A DNA stretch of 64,000 nt from Eledone cirrhosa (Eukaryota). The number at the start of each line of letters is the position of its first letter. Position 1 is the first letter of the stretch. The stretch covers positions 110,298,001-110,362,000 of the forward strand of contig OZ024743.1 of the NCBI GenBank assembly GCA_964016885.1, given 5' to 3'. This document shows, piece by piece, positions 1-15,510 of this stretch. The notes beneath the pieces were generated by a model that did no database searches, was not told the origin of the DNA, and worked only from the letters and a program-made list of their open reading frames with translations. Position numbers and translations under genes: made by a program.

Positions 1-104
1 ACTCTCTACCTAGGAAACCTCTTGTTGAGTACGCTAAAAATATCCACAATAAGGTGTATTCACAAGTTCTAACTGATTTAACTATAACAATAATTTGTTA
101 TCCC

Positions 105-137
<33 letters not shown>

Positions 138-155
138 CATGTGTGTGTGTGTGTG

Positions 156-900
156 TTCTCTTCTTCTTTGTACACTTATTCTTGAGAGGGTCGTGGAGGC
201 AGAGAACTCAAACATTCCATTCAGCGAGTAATGTCCAAAGCAACCTTCTTCAACTGACTCGGCAGGACCCCCAAGCTAGACCTGCCAATCTTATTGATGT
301 TATACAAGCTTCTTGGTCGGGGTCTACCCCTGTTTCTATGCTAGTTCGTTTTACCTGTAGCATCTGTCCAACAATTTGTTCCTGAGACATTCTAAACCCA
401 TGCCCATAGCACCGGCGCTGTAATCTCTCAATCCATTCAGAGAAATAGCGTCTCTACCTGGAGTCTCTCTCTGCTCTCCAAGCTACGTACTCTATCGAGT
501 TACATTACTCAGGAGAACCTTCAGATGAACCAAATTTCAGCGACTCATATTCGCGATCATATTATTTCAGGCATTACCCTAGATTTATGACCAGGAGTAA
601 GGGTTGACACGACTACCGAATTGAAGATAGCAAGTTTGAATTTTACACCTACCTTCATTCTTCTGATCACCGAATGTTGAAGCTAGCACATTACTATACG
701 TGCCCTTGCAGTTAAATGCTCCTGCATTCCATCACTCATGAACACGACCCGGAGATACATGAACTTTTCTAGCTGCTTCATTCGAACGTCATTAACATAT
801 AGAGTGCACTCTATAGGCTTATTTGCGATGACGAATGCCTCTGGTTTCGTAGCATAGATTTTCATTCCAGCAATGCTGCACCAGACATGAAAACTATCAA
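156..900 (-). mobile_element. RTE-clade LINE, 3' fragment (degenerate RT C-terminus, (GAA)n-like tail)
   Basis: Minus-strand translation MKIYATKPEAFVIANKPIECTLYVNDVRMKQLEKFMYLRVVFMSDG and a GRPRPR motif resemble the RTE RT C-terminus; homologous to 60010-60160; short TTC repeat at the 3' end. Confidence 0.8.
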
Positions 901-956
<56 letters not shown>

Positions 957-1082
957 AGAAGCAAAACATTGCTTATTGTGATCCAGTTGTTGGTTAAGAA
1001 AGCCAGATACATGGATGGTTTCAACGTACAGTTAGAGGTAACTCCACAAAGTTTGTAAGAATTCCGTTCAATATTGGAGTAT

Positions 1083-1478
1083 AAAGTATAAAAGAGAAAA
1101 CACAGGTAAACATTAAGAGAAGGATTTTATCCAGGTATTTACGACCGTTTCATTGGTAAGAGTTTGTCACTCTACTTCCTACCTCTTTCCCCTTCCTCTC
1201 TCTCTCTCTATACTAATCCGTTTGTCCCCTCACCTTCTGATTCCTCTCTCTCTATACTAGTAAATACAATTCCAAATAAATGTTTGTCTCTATATATTAA
1301 GAATTATTTCAAGAGTAACTTACTATTTTCAAAATTTGGACTGTGAACAACAATTATAATTAAGTGGCTGTTATTTGCAGTATAGCAATATAAAGTTGCA
1401 CTTACCAATGAAACGGTCGTAAATACCTGGATAAAATCCTTCTCTTAATGCTTACCTGTGTTTTCTCTTTTATACTAT
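1083..1478 (+). mobile_element. Fold-back PLE pLTR remnant (inverted repeat 1083-1160 / 1401-1478)
   Basis: Near-perfect ~78-bp inverted repeat between (TA)n tracts; contains the 3' half of a minimal hammerhead (GAAA-CGGTCG-TA). Confidence 0.6.
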
Positions 1479-1492
1479 ATATATATATATAC

Positions 1493-1604
<112 letters not shown>

Positions 1605-2584
1605 GTAAACTACTTCTACAGGACTGAGGATTTCATATGAATGAAAGCCTTCTAGTCCTGTTGAAGTAATTTCTATCTAACATAAGAAATGTCTATAATC
1701 TACCAAACGTATGTTGTACCTATTGTAAGTGGGGTTACCTTCTGACACAACTCGGCAATCAACATATATATATATATATGTGTGTACGTGTGTGCGTGTG
1801 TGTATGTGTGTGTGTTTGTGACGTTTGCAGTTTGGAAAAATAATGGGGCATGTATGATTACCCTGTTTTAGAAATAATTGACAATACATAGCGAGGTGAA
1901 CAAACTTCAGTAAGATTAATCTCATCTTAGCATGATTGAAAGCGTAGGAGGAATTTGTGGAAAATATGATATACATATCTGACTACAGATATTTCATTTT
2001 ATAACCTATATTGATAAAATAAATTTCCTTTCACTTTAAAATACATCAAAAGAGTTTTTATCTGCTGCTAATGTTCATGTACAGATTATAACTGTTTTTA
2101 GCTTTAAACAATCTACATAAGTTATCTTATTAATACCAATGTGAATGTTGGTCATTGTCGAATAAAATCTGCATAAACTGTATTGTCCTATGAATGGTAT
2201 AATCGTATATATTATAGTGACGTTATGAGCAGTTATACAGTTTGATGTATTTCAAAAAGACTAGCAGAAAGCATCGTTTATTTTCTGTAGGTTTTAGTTT
2301 GAAAAGCTACAACACTGACTGCAGCAATCAAACAATTGTGATGAGACACGCTATATTATCCCCAGGAAAAATGATTCGCACGAGTCGTTTCTCTGAAATT
2401 CACGTGACCTATGTCAAGTAGGCGTACGGTGAGTTTGATTAAAATATAATAATATACGGTTGAAGTTGTACATGTCGGACTACTTGTCATGGTTTAAACT
2501 ACGTTTTATATATTTTGATCAGCTTGCTCATATTATGTCACACTCAATCAAATATATAAGCCATGATGTCTCTAGTTCTCCTAG

Positions 2585-2730
2585 TAATAATGGTTTTTGA
2601 TTTAGGCACAGGTTCAGCAATTTTGTGGGTATGAAGTCAATTAAATCAACCCCAGTGCATGACAGATACTTTTATTTTGTTGACCCTGTAAGGACCAAAG
2701 ACAAATCTAATCTCCGTGGTATTTGGACAT
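2585..2730 (-). mobile_element. Degenerate tRNA-derived SINE
   Basis: Reverse complement similar to the SINE at 14430-14670 (taggcaca...cagcaattt...accccagt...tactttt). Confidence 0.55.
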
Positions 2731-4469
2731 CTCCCCTAGTAATAATAAACTTGATAGATACTAAAATCCAATGAGTTGTCACGTATGATGTTGACTAGAA
2801 TAGACAATCCTTGTGTGCACGCATAGAAAGTAATTTAATAATGTAACATGATCAAATATAGGTGGCTATTTTGTGAGTAAAATGAACATGAGAGGCTTCC
2901 TCATCCCAAAGGATTCTATATGTAGTTGTATTGTCACAATAGGTTCCTAATAATATTACAATTCCTTACTGTATTAGGTTGGTCGTGAGCAAACTATTGT
3001 CTTATATATTTCGTACAACCATATTCTCGGAATTAAACATCATATTATATCCCTCACAGTCAAAATAATTTGGTTAACTATACTTAATCCATCAATGCCA
3101 AGATGTATACGCGCCTGGCTTTGAGTAAGATGCATAGTTATATCATTATGTAGAGATACATTAAATAGAAAACTGTTTTGTGATGAACTTTGGGAGTATT
3201 TTTATTCACTTCAAAGAATGTTCTTGCACCAGATCAGAGACAGACAACTGCTGGCCTAGAATATATGTTATGTTCTACATGCACTATAGAGACTTCTAAT
3301 ATGAAGGATTCATGTAGCATTGATGATTCATGTAGCTGAGATGTAACGTCATTACTCAATCCAAATACATTTCATTAGAAATAAATTCCTGCTGAATCTT
3401 TCAAGGAATTGGGAATTATACGTGCAGTATTATGTTTACGTATATGTTCAAGGACTGCACAATCCACTAATTATCTTAAAGATAATACTCCAAACATGTA
3501 TATGTTACTCGAAGAATGGGCATTCTATATAAAAGTTTCTTTACAAAGTACATTTTCAATATGATACACAAATCTGTTATACATACCGCTGCAAAATATG
3601 ACATTATAATGATATTTTTATACTTATCACGCATTCTTAATAGTAGAAAAAATAGAAAGAATTTCATGTGTTGGGAGGATAAACGGTCTTTGTTTTGAGC
3701 TGTTTTCTTTCTTAAAGAATATAATGTTTTCTTCTGAGGTACTCCTACAAAAAATTAATCCAATTTTTCTGACAGGTTTCCATAGTTCTTTACATCTAAC
3801 ATAGTTTAGAAAATATTCATATATATCGCTGGTGATCAATGCGGAATAAATGTAAATGCAAAAAAATTGTTTTCTGAGGTCGCTGAAAATCAATATATAA
3901 TATAATATTACGCTGCCTACTTTGAAAATTCCCTTTAAGGAAACCTGGCTACGCTTACTTTAAATGTACAATGTAAACCATTTTCTTGCTACATAATTTG
4001 ACGAAATAACGTTTGATGAGTCTGTTTAAGCGAAATTTATTCAGAAAGCATCTATCGTCCAGTCATTTCTTCCACATGCATGTGTTGGCTGGTGCTTGGC
4101 TTACAACACCCAATTACAGTCTAGTAAAGATAGATACGCAATATTAAAAGCAGCATTTTCTTTTCTTCCGTTCAACCTGCCTCTATCATTGCATACAACT
4201 CTTAGATCAAAGCTCAGAAGATTATAGTAAATTAGTTAATTTTGAAGAAATTGACGTTGAAGAAATGTATGGTGACTATCGCTTTTGACGTCCATCCCTG
4301 TAGGGCTTTGGCATTTTGTATTTTCTAAGAAGTCGGAAGATTCATTCGCATGAGGGAATTAAGACCAATCATTTGTACAGCTATTGGAGAATGAAAAATA
4401 AAACTATTTATATAATATGTATCTATATAATGAAACTGCATTTCTACCTCCAGCAATATAATCTTCATA

Positions 4470-5191
<722 letters not shown>

Positions 5192-7179
5192 GGGGGAGAA
5201 GACCATTTAGTTCAGGTTTCTTAGGTTACTGGCAGAAAAGGGTTTCAAAGCAAATAGAAAAAGTGTAAAACACCAAATATAAAAATATATAGAAAGTGAA
5301 AATTATTTCCTAGAAAGCATGAATGTATAATCTCTTTTAGGGAGAAAAAGGAAGAAACGTATATTTTGATGCCTGAAAAAAATTACTGCTTGAGGAATTC
5401 ATCATTTTTTGTTCCAATTTTAATATTTGTTTGGGTGTTGATGGAGTGTGGGATCAATGTCAAGGTTTATAATCATAGCCACACCGCCCCGTATAAAATA
5501 TATTTCAGAGCTGAGTAAGATAGCGGTAATTGACAACTTTTATGACTCACTAGAAGACATTAAATAGATCAGTTTACTTCGCATTTATTCTTAAGTAAAT
5601 ACTTGCTGCATCGTTCGTTTTTAATTTCCTGTTTTGTTCAGTGTAATAATATATATACTCTGTATGAACGGAGAGTTTCTAAATCAATGCTTTCATTTAT
5701 TAGGTTAATCGCCATAAATTGATGTGAAATTTCAAATGATATTATTAATTTTATATTATCTCACCAAAAATACAATTCTCTTGTGGGTATAAGTCAAAGC
5801 ATATGCAATTTATGTAAACACTTTTCTATGGCTCTAGTAAGATTCTGGCGCGTAAAGCCTACATAAACATATTAGTTTTAATTAGTGTTATAAGAAAGAC
5901 AATATACATATTTAAGTGTAGGTCTCTCCAAGACTATGCGCTGTTAATACTGTGTGTGTGTAGCTTTACACCCGATATTGTTTCATGAATATGATGTTAT
6001 GCCTCATTTTAGTGGTCAATATGTAGAGGAATATGGAGATAACCAAACAAAGATATAGTATTGTAATCATTTAGTAAGTTCATTTGAATAATTTTGTGAG
6101 AATAATTTCCTAATTGGATATAATATGTCTTCACACAATTTATAATTGTGAATCTCTTTCCTCAACATGTGAATGCTACGAAAAAAAAAAGTTGTTGTTC
6201 AATGAAATAAAAATGTCATAATTTATTACTGACTAAAAGTATCAATGTGTGGAAAAATGAAATATCGTGAATGCCCTAACAGACTTAGTTAAAATAAATT
6301 CAATCGCTGTTATCATTTTAAATAACAAGCAAAATACTAGATACTCGGAGAAACGAATTATAAAGAACGTATTTGCTGGTGTTGCTAGGAAGAGGTGTCA
6401 AAACTATCTCAATATTACATTAGGCAACATATAGGCATCAAGGCAGGTATGCATAGTTAATACGCCTATGATCAAATATCTGAACAAAAAGCATCAAACG
6501 TTACGTTACCACCATGGCAACCAAGAAACAAATAAAAGTTCGTTAAATATATTTTGAACGATATACATTCTGATGAATGTCTCTACCTCAGAAACCATAT
6601 AACATTACAAGTTCGATGCTTGGCTAGACCAGTTCTGTTCAAGTATACCTACCGGAGAATAAGTTCACCACTTGACTGGAAAGACAAAAGACAAAAGGCT
6701 GAAAAGATTTTATTTGATATATTTCCGCAGCGTCCCACAAATAATAAAATCACATAGCACAAATTCCCGAAGGATTCACACAACTACTGCATTAGCTCAG
6801 GCACATAATATCATCACACTTTAGAGAATATACCCAGCAACTTGAAACTGGAGACAATTTAAGTTAGATCCTATTCCTATAAAGCAGGCGGATGAACAAC
6901 GCAGGATACCATAGAGCAACATTCAGGTTGAAACGCCCACCTGTAACGAAATATGCAGTTGATGTATTTGGTGTGTGCCAAAATTACCGATAGAATTTTT
7001 ACAAAGTCGATTTTAATAAGTCGATTTTCTGCCAGACTAACGCTCTACAATTCCGCAGGCTCTCCTCAGCCACAAACACCAGACCAGGCTTTACAGTTAT
7101 TTCAATCCCATAACAGAATCACCCCAAATATTGTAATAAAACACTTCCTTGCTGAGCTAAACTTGATCTGCCTTAAACT

Positions 7180-7181
<2 letters not shown>

Positions 7182-7247
<66 letters not shown>

Positions 7248-7249
7248 CC

Positions 7250-7330
<81 letters not shown>
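7182..7330. repeat. (TC)n microsatellite
   Basis: Directly visible. Confidence 0.95.
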
Positions 7331-7759
7331 ATTTGCTCGGTCCCAAGCTCCATATCTCTTCAGACATATGTCTATTTTTTGGAAACACATTTGGAAACAA
7401 GCTCTATTTGGGTTTATTCCTAATATCGGTGAACAAAAAAAGTTCTATGAGAATTAGTAATTGATGGAGCCTTTAACAAAACTTCCTTTAATAACATGAG
7501 TATTGACACATTTCCAACAATTTGGGCGAGGGAATCGACAGTAATTATTTACGGGTACTCTATGTTATCGACATTAGACAATTAAGCCAGTACTCCGGTC
7601 ATTTCTACTTAAATACAATAAATCAATAATAACGGCTAGTAATCTGAATCTCTTATATCCTTCGCAAAATGAGCAAATAGCACCAGCACTCTTCACATCG
7701 ACACCCCATTATAACTGACTATCGTTTTGTATACACTTTTAACCGAAGAATATTATTAT

Positions 7760-7942
7760 TAGCTGTATCGGTAGCGGGTCGGAAGCCATGCTTTGCAGCA
7801 TAGAGTTACGGCCATTTACGGCCTGAGATCATAACATGCCGATGTTAACGTTGCTTTTCCTCCTTACGGGGTTGATAAATTAAAGCATTAGTAATATACT
7901 GGGGCAATTGCTGTCGTTGTGCCGAAAGTAGATTAATTATTA
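7760..7942 (+). mobile_element. Degenerate tRNA-derived SINE
   Basis: gtatcggtagcgggtcggaagccatgctttgcagcatagagttacggcc...tccttacggggttgataaa matches the SINE family. Confidence 0.75.
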
Positions 7943-8379
7943 TGAAAAGTTTGGTCATTGAAATGAAGTGCTCAATTGTCCCAGTAAATTGAACCAAATC
8001 ATAATTATTTCTTCTTACATGTGAAGAAGAACAGTTACAATGAACGATAATCTGACAATTAGTGGACAGAATCATCTAACGTCGTGAAGGGAACGAAATA
8101 ATCCCGAAAGTAACGAGGAACCGGAGGGAAAATTGTTTTGTGCTTAGACTGGAAATAATTCTCTGGATCAAAGCAGGGAAGATTGACATGATCCCATACA
8201 CAAATTACGTTCCAGCTGGCGTGGAGCAACATGTTGTCACTGAAAGCAAAACGCTTAGGGAATCACAGTTAAGGGAAACTATCCACTTAAGTGTGTTCTG
8301 CCCTTTGCAGAAAACACCAGGGATTAAGAGAATATCATTGTCGGGGATAACGGGCCCTCCACCAAAAAACGTTCACCTA

Positions 8380-9810
8380 CAGCGAAAAGAAAATAACAGA
8401 GACTACAGATCCTACCTCTCAGTGGCTGATGCGGTGTGTGACGTAAAGCCGATAACAGCAGCCGAGATAGGTACGTCCTCGTCGACTGTAGTACGCGTAA
8501 ATCGCCTAGATCTGATGTGCTACACTATGAGTTTTACGTAGACATGCCAGAATAGTTCTCTGATGTCCCCGAAACCGTCTATTCCAACTGACAGCAGAAC
8601 TGTAGAATTCACAGTTGTATTAGTCAGGGCTTGGTAACGTTGATGAGGAAACATGAGAATAAGACGGGCGTTATAGTTGATTCATAGCACCCCTTAGTTA
8701 ATACCACATAAACATCGTGCCTTGTCCTCATTCGCGCCCAACATATCGGAGCACCCGTTTTTAAACTAATTTTCAAGAGGAAATGTTCCACTAATGAGAC
8801 CATCCATCTGCAGCAACCGCTCCCCTATGGTGAGGGCTAAACATTCCGTGTCCGATGATGCTCAATGATGAGCTGAGGCTAGGTTTCTTCAAGATTTTTC
8901 TAAGCGATGAACACGTGTGGTCTCCCCTTGTGAGACACATTTTATGGAGCTCGTCTTTGTGAATGGTTTGTAATCATAGGTCATGCGACGCTCAAGACAG
9001 GGCACTGTGCATTTGTAATGTTGGCAGACATCAGCAGCCTTCTACGAGTTAGGAAATGTGGTCAGTGAAAATTATTTTCTAGCGTTCTACAGAGAACTAG
9101 TTGTGGGCAAGTGCAACGACATTCTTGGCAATAATCAGAGCGTCCAGGAAATCAATCTAACCAACCTTTTCCCGAGTACTTTCGAGCCGAGCACTATAGA
9201 CAATTTCCAGAATTCCCTGGTATTGCAATGTTATTGAGCGCACTGTGAGCTCAAGATATCACTAAAGACAGAGAAGAGCTGTCAGATGGACCTGTTTGAG
9301 TTGCCCGTAGAACGACCAAAATCGTTCTGCATCAACTTGTGGAATGAATCCATTATACCGATCGACCCACCGCCTTCTGGAGGGGCAGACAATTTCTGTT
9401 TTACTTGTGGCCGTGGTGAAGGAAGTTGTATGGCAAATGTCGCTGAAAGGACTGAAGACATGCACTTTCCTCTTCGCCGAAGCTACCATCAACGTTTTCA
9501 TGTTCCACTTGGAAAGGGAGGTGAGCATTAAGACAGAAATACTGCCCCTCGGTACATTTTTTTAAGAGGTGGGTGAATGTAGAATGAATGGCACGAATAC
9601 ATGTGCCTACTATGTGGGTCTCCAATGTTACCCATAGGTGGTATTCCTCCTATTGCGCAATAGTACTGTTATTTCATTATTGTTAAATGTTTTCTGTTAT
9701 TTTTTTTCACACGTTCTGTGTAAATCCCCTCTCTCCTGTATTTTTTGCATTACCCTTTATCTTTCAGCCCCATTTTCCCATAAAAAATAACAATACTCAT
9801 TATTATTATT
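8380..9810 (+). mobile_element. Tx1/L1-clade LINE, internally deleted ORF2 3' part
   Basis: YLSVADAVCDVKPITAAEI aligns to RLSDREAKSCEDPISAAEI (~41030); 8555-8700 matches 41190-41320; 8760-9200 matches 42200-42620; 9344-9565 matches 14702-14884; ends in (ATT)n. Confidence 0.8.
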
Positions 9811-11384
9811 GTATTCTTTTTTTAATAATTAAAACAAAATAGTATGAAATAATTTTAAGTAAGAAAACAATGTAACTTTTGACGGGACGGTAATGCCAAT
9901 ATTCACGGACACTCCCTTAGAACAAATATTTTCTAATTCTTCTTCATTACTTAATTATGTTTTCTTTACAGCATTGTTTATAACAATCATTAATTAATTA
10001 ATTTTATTTATTCCTATCCAAATTCTATTTCATTAACGCAATTATTTTCGACCAAACGTTAAATCCTAAAAGATGTAAAATAGCAATGGAGAATGTGCTT
10101 CTCTAACAATGTAGCTTGAATAATTTTCCCTAATATCACCATTGTAGTGAATTTATAACGTCACATATTTTTCGATTATGTTTTCGGTTAACACAATTAT
10201 AATCAATGCTTGGAATTTGATTAATCTAAAAATGAAGCACGTCCCTTGTTTTAACATAAAGAATCAGTGTGAATGCAATATATATATTTTTTCTTTAGTT
10301 GGAAAAATATTTTTCTTGCTGGAAATACAATTAACCGAATATATCGGTGTTATTTAAATTTCTCTTTGTGCATATTACTGGTATTATGGTTATCTGTAAA
10401 GCTTGGGATCGATATATTTGAACCAAATGAATAAACCCACTAAAACAAAATATTCATTAGTTTATATTTTCCATACACCAGGCGATGATGTATTGAAGGT
10501 TGTTACTGTTTTATTTCGTCCGCCCTATATTGAATTATACTTGCGGGGCCAACCAATATATTCATCCGGCTAGATTTGCTAAGTATAAGTAAACCTCTCT
10601 GTTATAAGTATACGATCTTATGTTAATTTAATTAAGTATTAAAGATATCTATATTTTCCAGATATGGGACTTATTTTGTTGTTTCCAGTATTATTTAGAC
10701 GTTCGGTTTGTATCACGCCCAGATTTGATTTGTCTTTTATTCATACGAAATAGATAAAATAATATACCAGTAACGCCTTTTGCAAAAGATAGAAGCAATG
10801 ATTTTTATCGTGTACATCAATTTATTGATTTTAAATCCAATACGCCAGTGTTATCGTCTCGTAATCTTATGTGTCCTAAAAAACAACAACGGAACATTTG
10901 ACTAATATGTTAACATCAGAATTTTCTGATAATTGGTTTGAATCCCGTACCTACGTGTGCGTCTGGGAGAGACACTTGTCAACTCCCCCTCCCCACTAGG
11001 AGATCTCCCACCCACTTTGTGGTGGATGAGAGATGTCTTCTTTTGTGAAAATTGGTATAGCTTTCATTTCGTAAAATCTCTGCATTTTGCCACATTTCTC
11101 CCTGTTTTGGGGCTCTTTTCTCATGGTATTGCTCTTTTGGTTGTTTGCTGGTTGGCAGGTCTGGAGAGAAGACACTTCACTTTAAACATCTTCAGTCTAT
11201 GCAAGAAAAAAATGCTAACCAGCTACAGATATAATTAAACTCGTGTCGTTTCCTCCTAGGTATAATCTTGTTTCTTCGGCTGCTCTTTGTCAAATGAAGA
11301 CTAGATATAATTCGACACCATCATCATAGATAGATATAATTCGATGCCACCATCATAACTCGGACGTAAAATTGATTATTATTA

Positions 11385-11615
11385 TTATGGATTGGCAGTA
11401 TCGGTCGAGCTCTCAGAATCAGACACCATGCATTGTAGCATAGCGTTATGGACATTTATTTTCTGAATTCATATCTCACCGAGGTTAACTTTGCTTTTCA
11501 TCATTACGGGGTCGATACCATAAAGAACCAGCAACGCACTGGGGTCGATTTAATTGACTTTCACCTACCCCCAAATTCATGGTCGTGTGTCTAAATCAGA
11601 ACACATTATTACTAT
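11385..11615 (+). mobile_element. tRNA-derived SINE (long variant)
   Basis: A-box-like tggcagtatcgg, body gaggttaactttgc...ggggtcgat; retains the internal ggggtcgatttaattgac...ccccaaatt segment; ATT tail. Confidence 0.85.
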
Positions 11616-11819
11616 GTTGATGCTCGTTCGCGAGCACCAGAGGATGATTTTTCTTAGATGTTTCAAAGTGGAATTTTTTGAATATTTTTTTTCACGAACT
11701 GTATATAAGTTTCCATTCAGTGCCTTGTGATAAGGCGGACTCATAATATCTAGGACTTTGAGCCCAAATATTGGGACATTTTGTAAGAAAAATAAAAACA
11801 ATTATCGTCAAAAGTCATG

Positions 11820-14305
11820 ACGGAGCCACGCCCCACCCAGTTTTTGAGTCTGCTGTTGTGTGACAGTTGCTTAAACGTTGAGTAAAAACACCGTCCCCGC
11901 TAGATTATAGATAATGTAACTACGAACAGAACAAACATAATAACATCAATAGCAATATTAGCAACACCAACACCAACAACATGAACAAAGACAACACCAA
12001 AAACAATAGCAAAAGTGAAACCAGTGAAAGCAACAAGAACAAAACCAACAGTACCAATATCTCTAAAAGCACCAACTCCAACAACACCGACTACAAGAAC
12101 AACTCAAAGCAGAACGAAAACAACAAAGTCAACACCACCAGTGACAACACCATCGACATCATCAACAACTACAATGTGATCAGCAACAAGACTGCGATGG
12201 CTCAGGCATGGAAACTCATTAAACAGTAGCAAACTTGGGCCAACTTAATTGTCCCGGCAGAGGCCATAGAAGCGATGGCGAGGAGAACTATGGTCGTATA
12301 GATGCATTTCAGTGCAGACGAAACAAAACAGAAATCGAAGCTGATCTGAAGTGCATTGATGATGACATTGAGTACATAGAAAACGGCAGACAATACGGCT
12401 GTTTAATTAAGAAGTCCTCGGTGTGAAACACTTGGTGAGACCTTACAAAACCAGCAAGGTCATTATGTGCACCTCCCACATGTGAAAAAGAACATTTAGG
12501 ATTCCCAGGATTCCACCAAGACTAGAATTGTGGTGACTCCTGGGATGCGGGGTTGTGGAGGGGCCAGATACCGTGCCTATAGAAGCAACAAGAACAGGCA
12601 GAGAGGATTCGTCTCTAAATCAGGCGAGAAGGCCTAAAACATTTCCCAGACCAGTTACTACATATAATGACTTAGGGAATAAGACTGCATTGTTCCGTCT
12701 ACGAAGAAACAACTCTTTTGCGTGCCCTCTACCTTCAGCTAAAAAAGCAAGTGGATCGACCCGACGTCCAGAAGACACCTGCCATTATGTACACTTTTTT
12801 TTTTCGACCAGGCAACATGACCATCTTAATAGTGGTATATTTGAATGTTCATGGTCTGGGGTGGTCCCGGAAGTAGTATCACCTGCTCGACGGTTTCAGG
12901 TCAGTAGATAAGGATGTGAGAGCCGTCAGCTAGACCAGAATTTCCAACACGCGTGCACTAGCCCGCATTTTCGATGACAATCAGATTTTCCATCACTAAG
13001 TCGGCTGTGACAGGGAACTGGGGTAACAATGCTGTTTAGGAAAGACCTGGATCTAGAGGTAAGGTCGATCTTCCGGGACACGAACAGTAAGTGTGTGGTC
13101 CCTGCCCTCAGCAATAGCGAATGTGATGCCTTTAGACTGGGAGCCATCTACGCCCCAATAAGGCACGGGGAGCCGAGTGCCTGGAATACTTCCTGGAAAC
13201 CTCTCAACCTTTACTGTTAGCGGGTTACTGGACCGGAATGTTAGACGCACGCTGGGATGTGTTGGAGTAGAATTAAGAGCGGTACGAGCAAAATCCTCAA
13301 ATACCTGAGCAGTCAGTTCCAAATCTCTGACAAGTACCGACTGGAGTTCCCTAATGCACCAATTTGGACTTGGACCAACTTCATAGGGTCATATAGATCT
13401 TGCATTGATATGTTTTCTTTAGATCAATAGATAATGATAGTATAGGTTTTCCACAATTCCAAGCGGCCGCCTATTCAGAATACAAGTTTATAATATGCGT
13501 CTTCGACCTAGATAAGTAACGAAGGTTAGGAACTGGTTACTGGAAGCTGAAGATACTCCCGGCACGTGAAGCCTAGAGGGACAGATCAACACTTTAGTTA
13601 AGCAAAAGTTGACTGAAGTGGTCATCAACAATAGGTAGTGGGGAGGCTCGCAAAAGAAAGATCATAACTGTGTCTATAGTTTTCAGTAGAGAAGTAGCGT
13701 TAGATAAAAATAAAAAAAAGAGATGGAACTGGTAGATAAATTAGACGAAGCTATTTGTAGTGGCATAGCAACTGACGTACAATATCGCTATATGGTTGCA
13801 TTGGCAGATTTAAGGTGCGTGCTCTGAGAAATGAGGGAACTAAAGTTGTTCGTTGGGCTCTCGAGCACAGGCACATTGTCGTAACAAGTAACAAAACCTC
13901 AATTCGGACTTTGACGAATACAAACGAACGTGAGCTTACTGACTAGTCTGTTTCGGAGGACTTTCGAGCAGGAGAATCCCTAGCTTGGCAATGCTCCCGG
14001 GGATGGGGGGGGAGGGCGTGGGGGGTCACTGCCGCTTCGAGATAACTTCCACAGGCATGGAAGTGCTGTCAGACGAATATCCCCGAGAGTGCGCAGAATG
14101 ACGAAATCATTCAGCACGCAATCGTCCAATGTCCGTGCTTCACTCATGTGTGAATTTATGTCCAACAGCTGTAGGCGATAGCCGAATCTGTTCAGCTATG
14201 CCCCGCGTCCATATTGATGACCACCGCGCACCCTTCTTTTGGTCGGGAAGGACAGGGTGTTATTCCTCTGTCTGGTGGCCGTAACGAAAGAGATTGTGGG
14301 TGGAT
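11820..14305 (+). mobile_element. Degenerate Tx1/L1-clade LINE (possible 5' region, APE endonuclease, large deletion, C-terminal Cys/His region)
   Basis: 12816-13930 is collinear with ORF2 at 39764-40930 (WTWTN, YWKL motifs); 14080-14135 encodes a relic of the CxxC...ETxxH...C motif; the 5' boundary is uncertain. Confidence 0.75.
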
Positions 14306-14307
14306 CA

Positions 14308-14339
<32 letters not shown>

Positions 14340-14341
14340 GT

Positions 14342-14394
14342 AATACACAGTAATGCACTGGGTAATTGTTGGCCTTGTGCCTAACGTAGAAACA

Positions 14395-14427
<33 letters not shown>

Positions 14428-14615
14428 AGGGCGGTGGATTGGCAGTATCGGTAGAGGGTCGGACGCCATGCTTTGACGCATAGAGTTACGGCCCTTGCTA
14501 TTCTGAGTTCAAATCCCGCCAAGTTTAACCTCGCCTTTCATCCTTACGTGGTCGATAAAATAAAGTACCAGTAATGCATTAGGTAATTACTGGCCTTGTG
14601 CAAAATGTAGAAACA

Positions 14616-14670
<55 letters not shown>
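14342..14670 (+). mobile_element. SINE 3' fragment plus full-length tRNA-derived SINE (14430-14670), each with an (ATT)n tail
   Basis: A box tggcagtatcgg, B box gagttcaaatcc, 3' end ggccttgtgc...gtagaaacaattattatt. Confidence 0.9.
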
Positions 14671-14671
<1 letters not shown>

Positions 14672-14672
14672 C

Positions 14673-15510
14673 TGGAAGGGCAGGCAGTTTATATCTGTCT
14701 GGTGGCCATGGCGAAAGAGATAGTATGGTGGACACGTTTGAAAGGGCTGAAGACGAGCACTTACCTCTTCGGTGATGCCCTGATTACCTTTTTCAAATTT
14801 CATTTGAAAAAGAAAATCAGGATAGAGATGGAAGTGCTCTCTTCCCAGCATTTTGTTGAAAGATGGGTGAGTATGTGTCTGTAAATTAAAGATGGAAAAC
14901 TGGGAGAGGGCACTTGCCCTGCTTGTCAGGGTCACTATGGCCTTTCAATGGGCTTTCCCCACAAATGTCCCTCGGAAGTCTCCCCCGTATTGGGGAATTT
15001 TTCATTGTTATTTTTTTGTTACATCCTCTGTTTTTGTTTTTTACACGCAGAAATGCCCATTTGTACCGTCCTGTATTTCCTGTACTGTCCTTAATGTCTA
15101 CTTTATGTAAACCCTTGTGGTTAATAAAGACATCATTATTATTATTATTTTGTTGAAAGATGGGTGAGAGAAGCAAGTATGACCCGAATGAATGGGCCTT
15201 CTCTGAGTATGTGTCTGTAAATTAAAGGTGGAAAACTGGGAGAGGGCACTTGCCCTGGTGGTCAGGGCCACTGTGGTCTTTTAATGGGCTTTCTCCACAA
15301 ATGTCCCTTGGAAGTCTCCCCCCTATTGGGGAATTTTTCTTTGTTATTTTATTTCAACCTCTGTTTTTTTACACGCAGAAATGCCCATTTGTACCGTCCT
15401 GTATTGTCCTGTACTGTCCTTAATGTCTACTTTATGTGAACCCTTGTGGTTAATAAAGAAAACATTATTATTATTATTATCATTATTATTATTATTATTA
15501 TTATTATTTT
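14673..15510 (+). mobile_element. Two tandem 3'-end fragments of the Tx1/L1-clade LINE
   Basis: 14850-15148 and 15149-15505 are direct repeats, each ending aataaaga..(ATT)n; ORF 14702-14884 is homologous to 9344-9565. Confidence 0.85.

Noticed and set aside
11981-12229. Asn/Thr-rich ORF
   Set aside because: Degenerate (AAC)n low-complexity sequence
14430-14520. tRNA gene
   Set aside because: The A/B boxes belong to a SINE head; no complete cloverleaf
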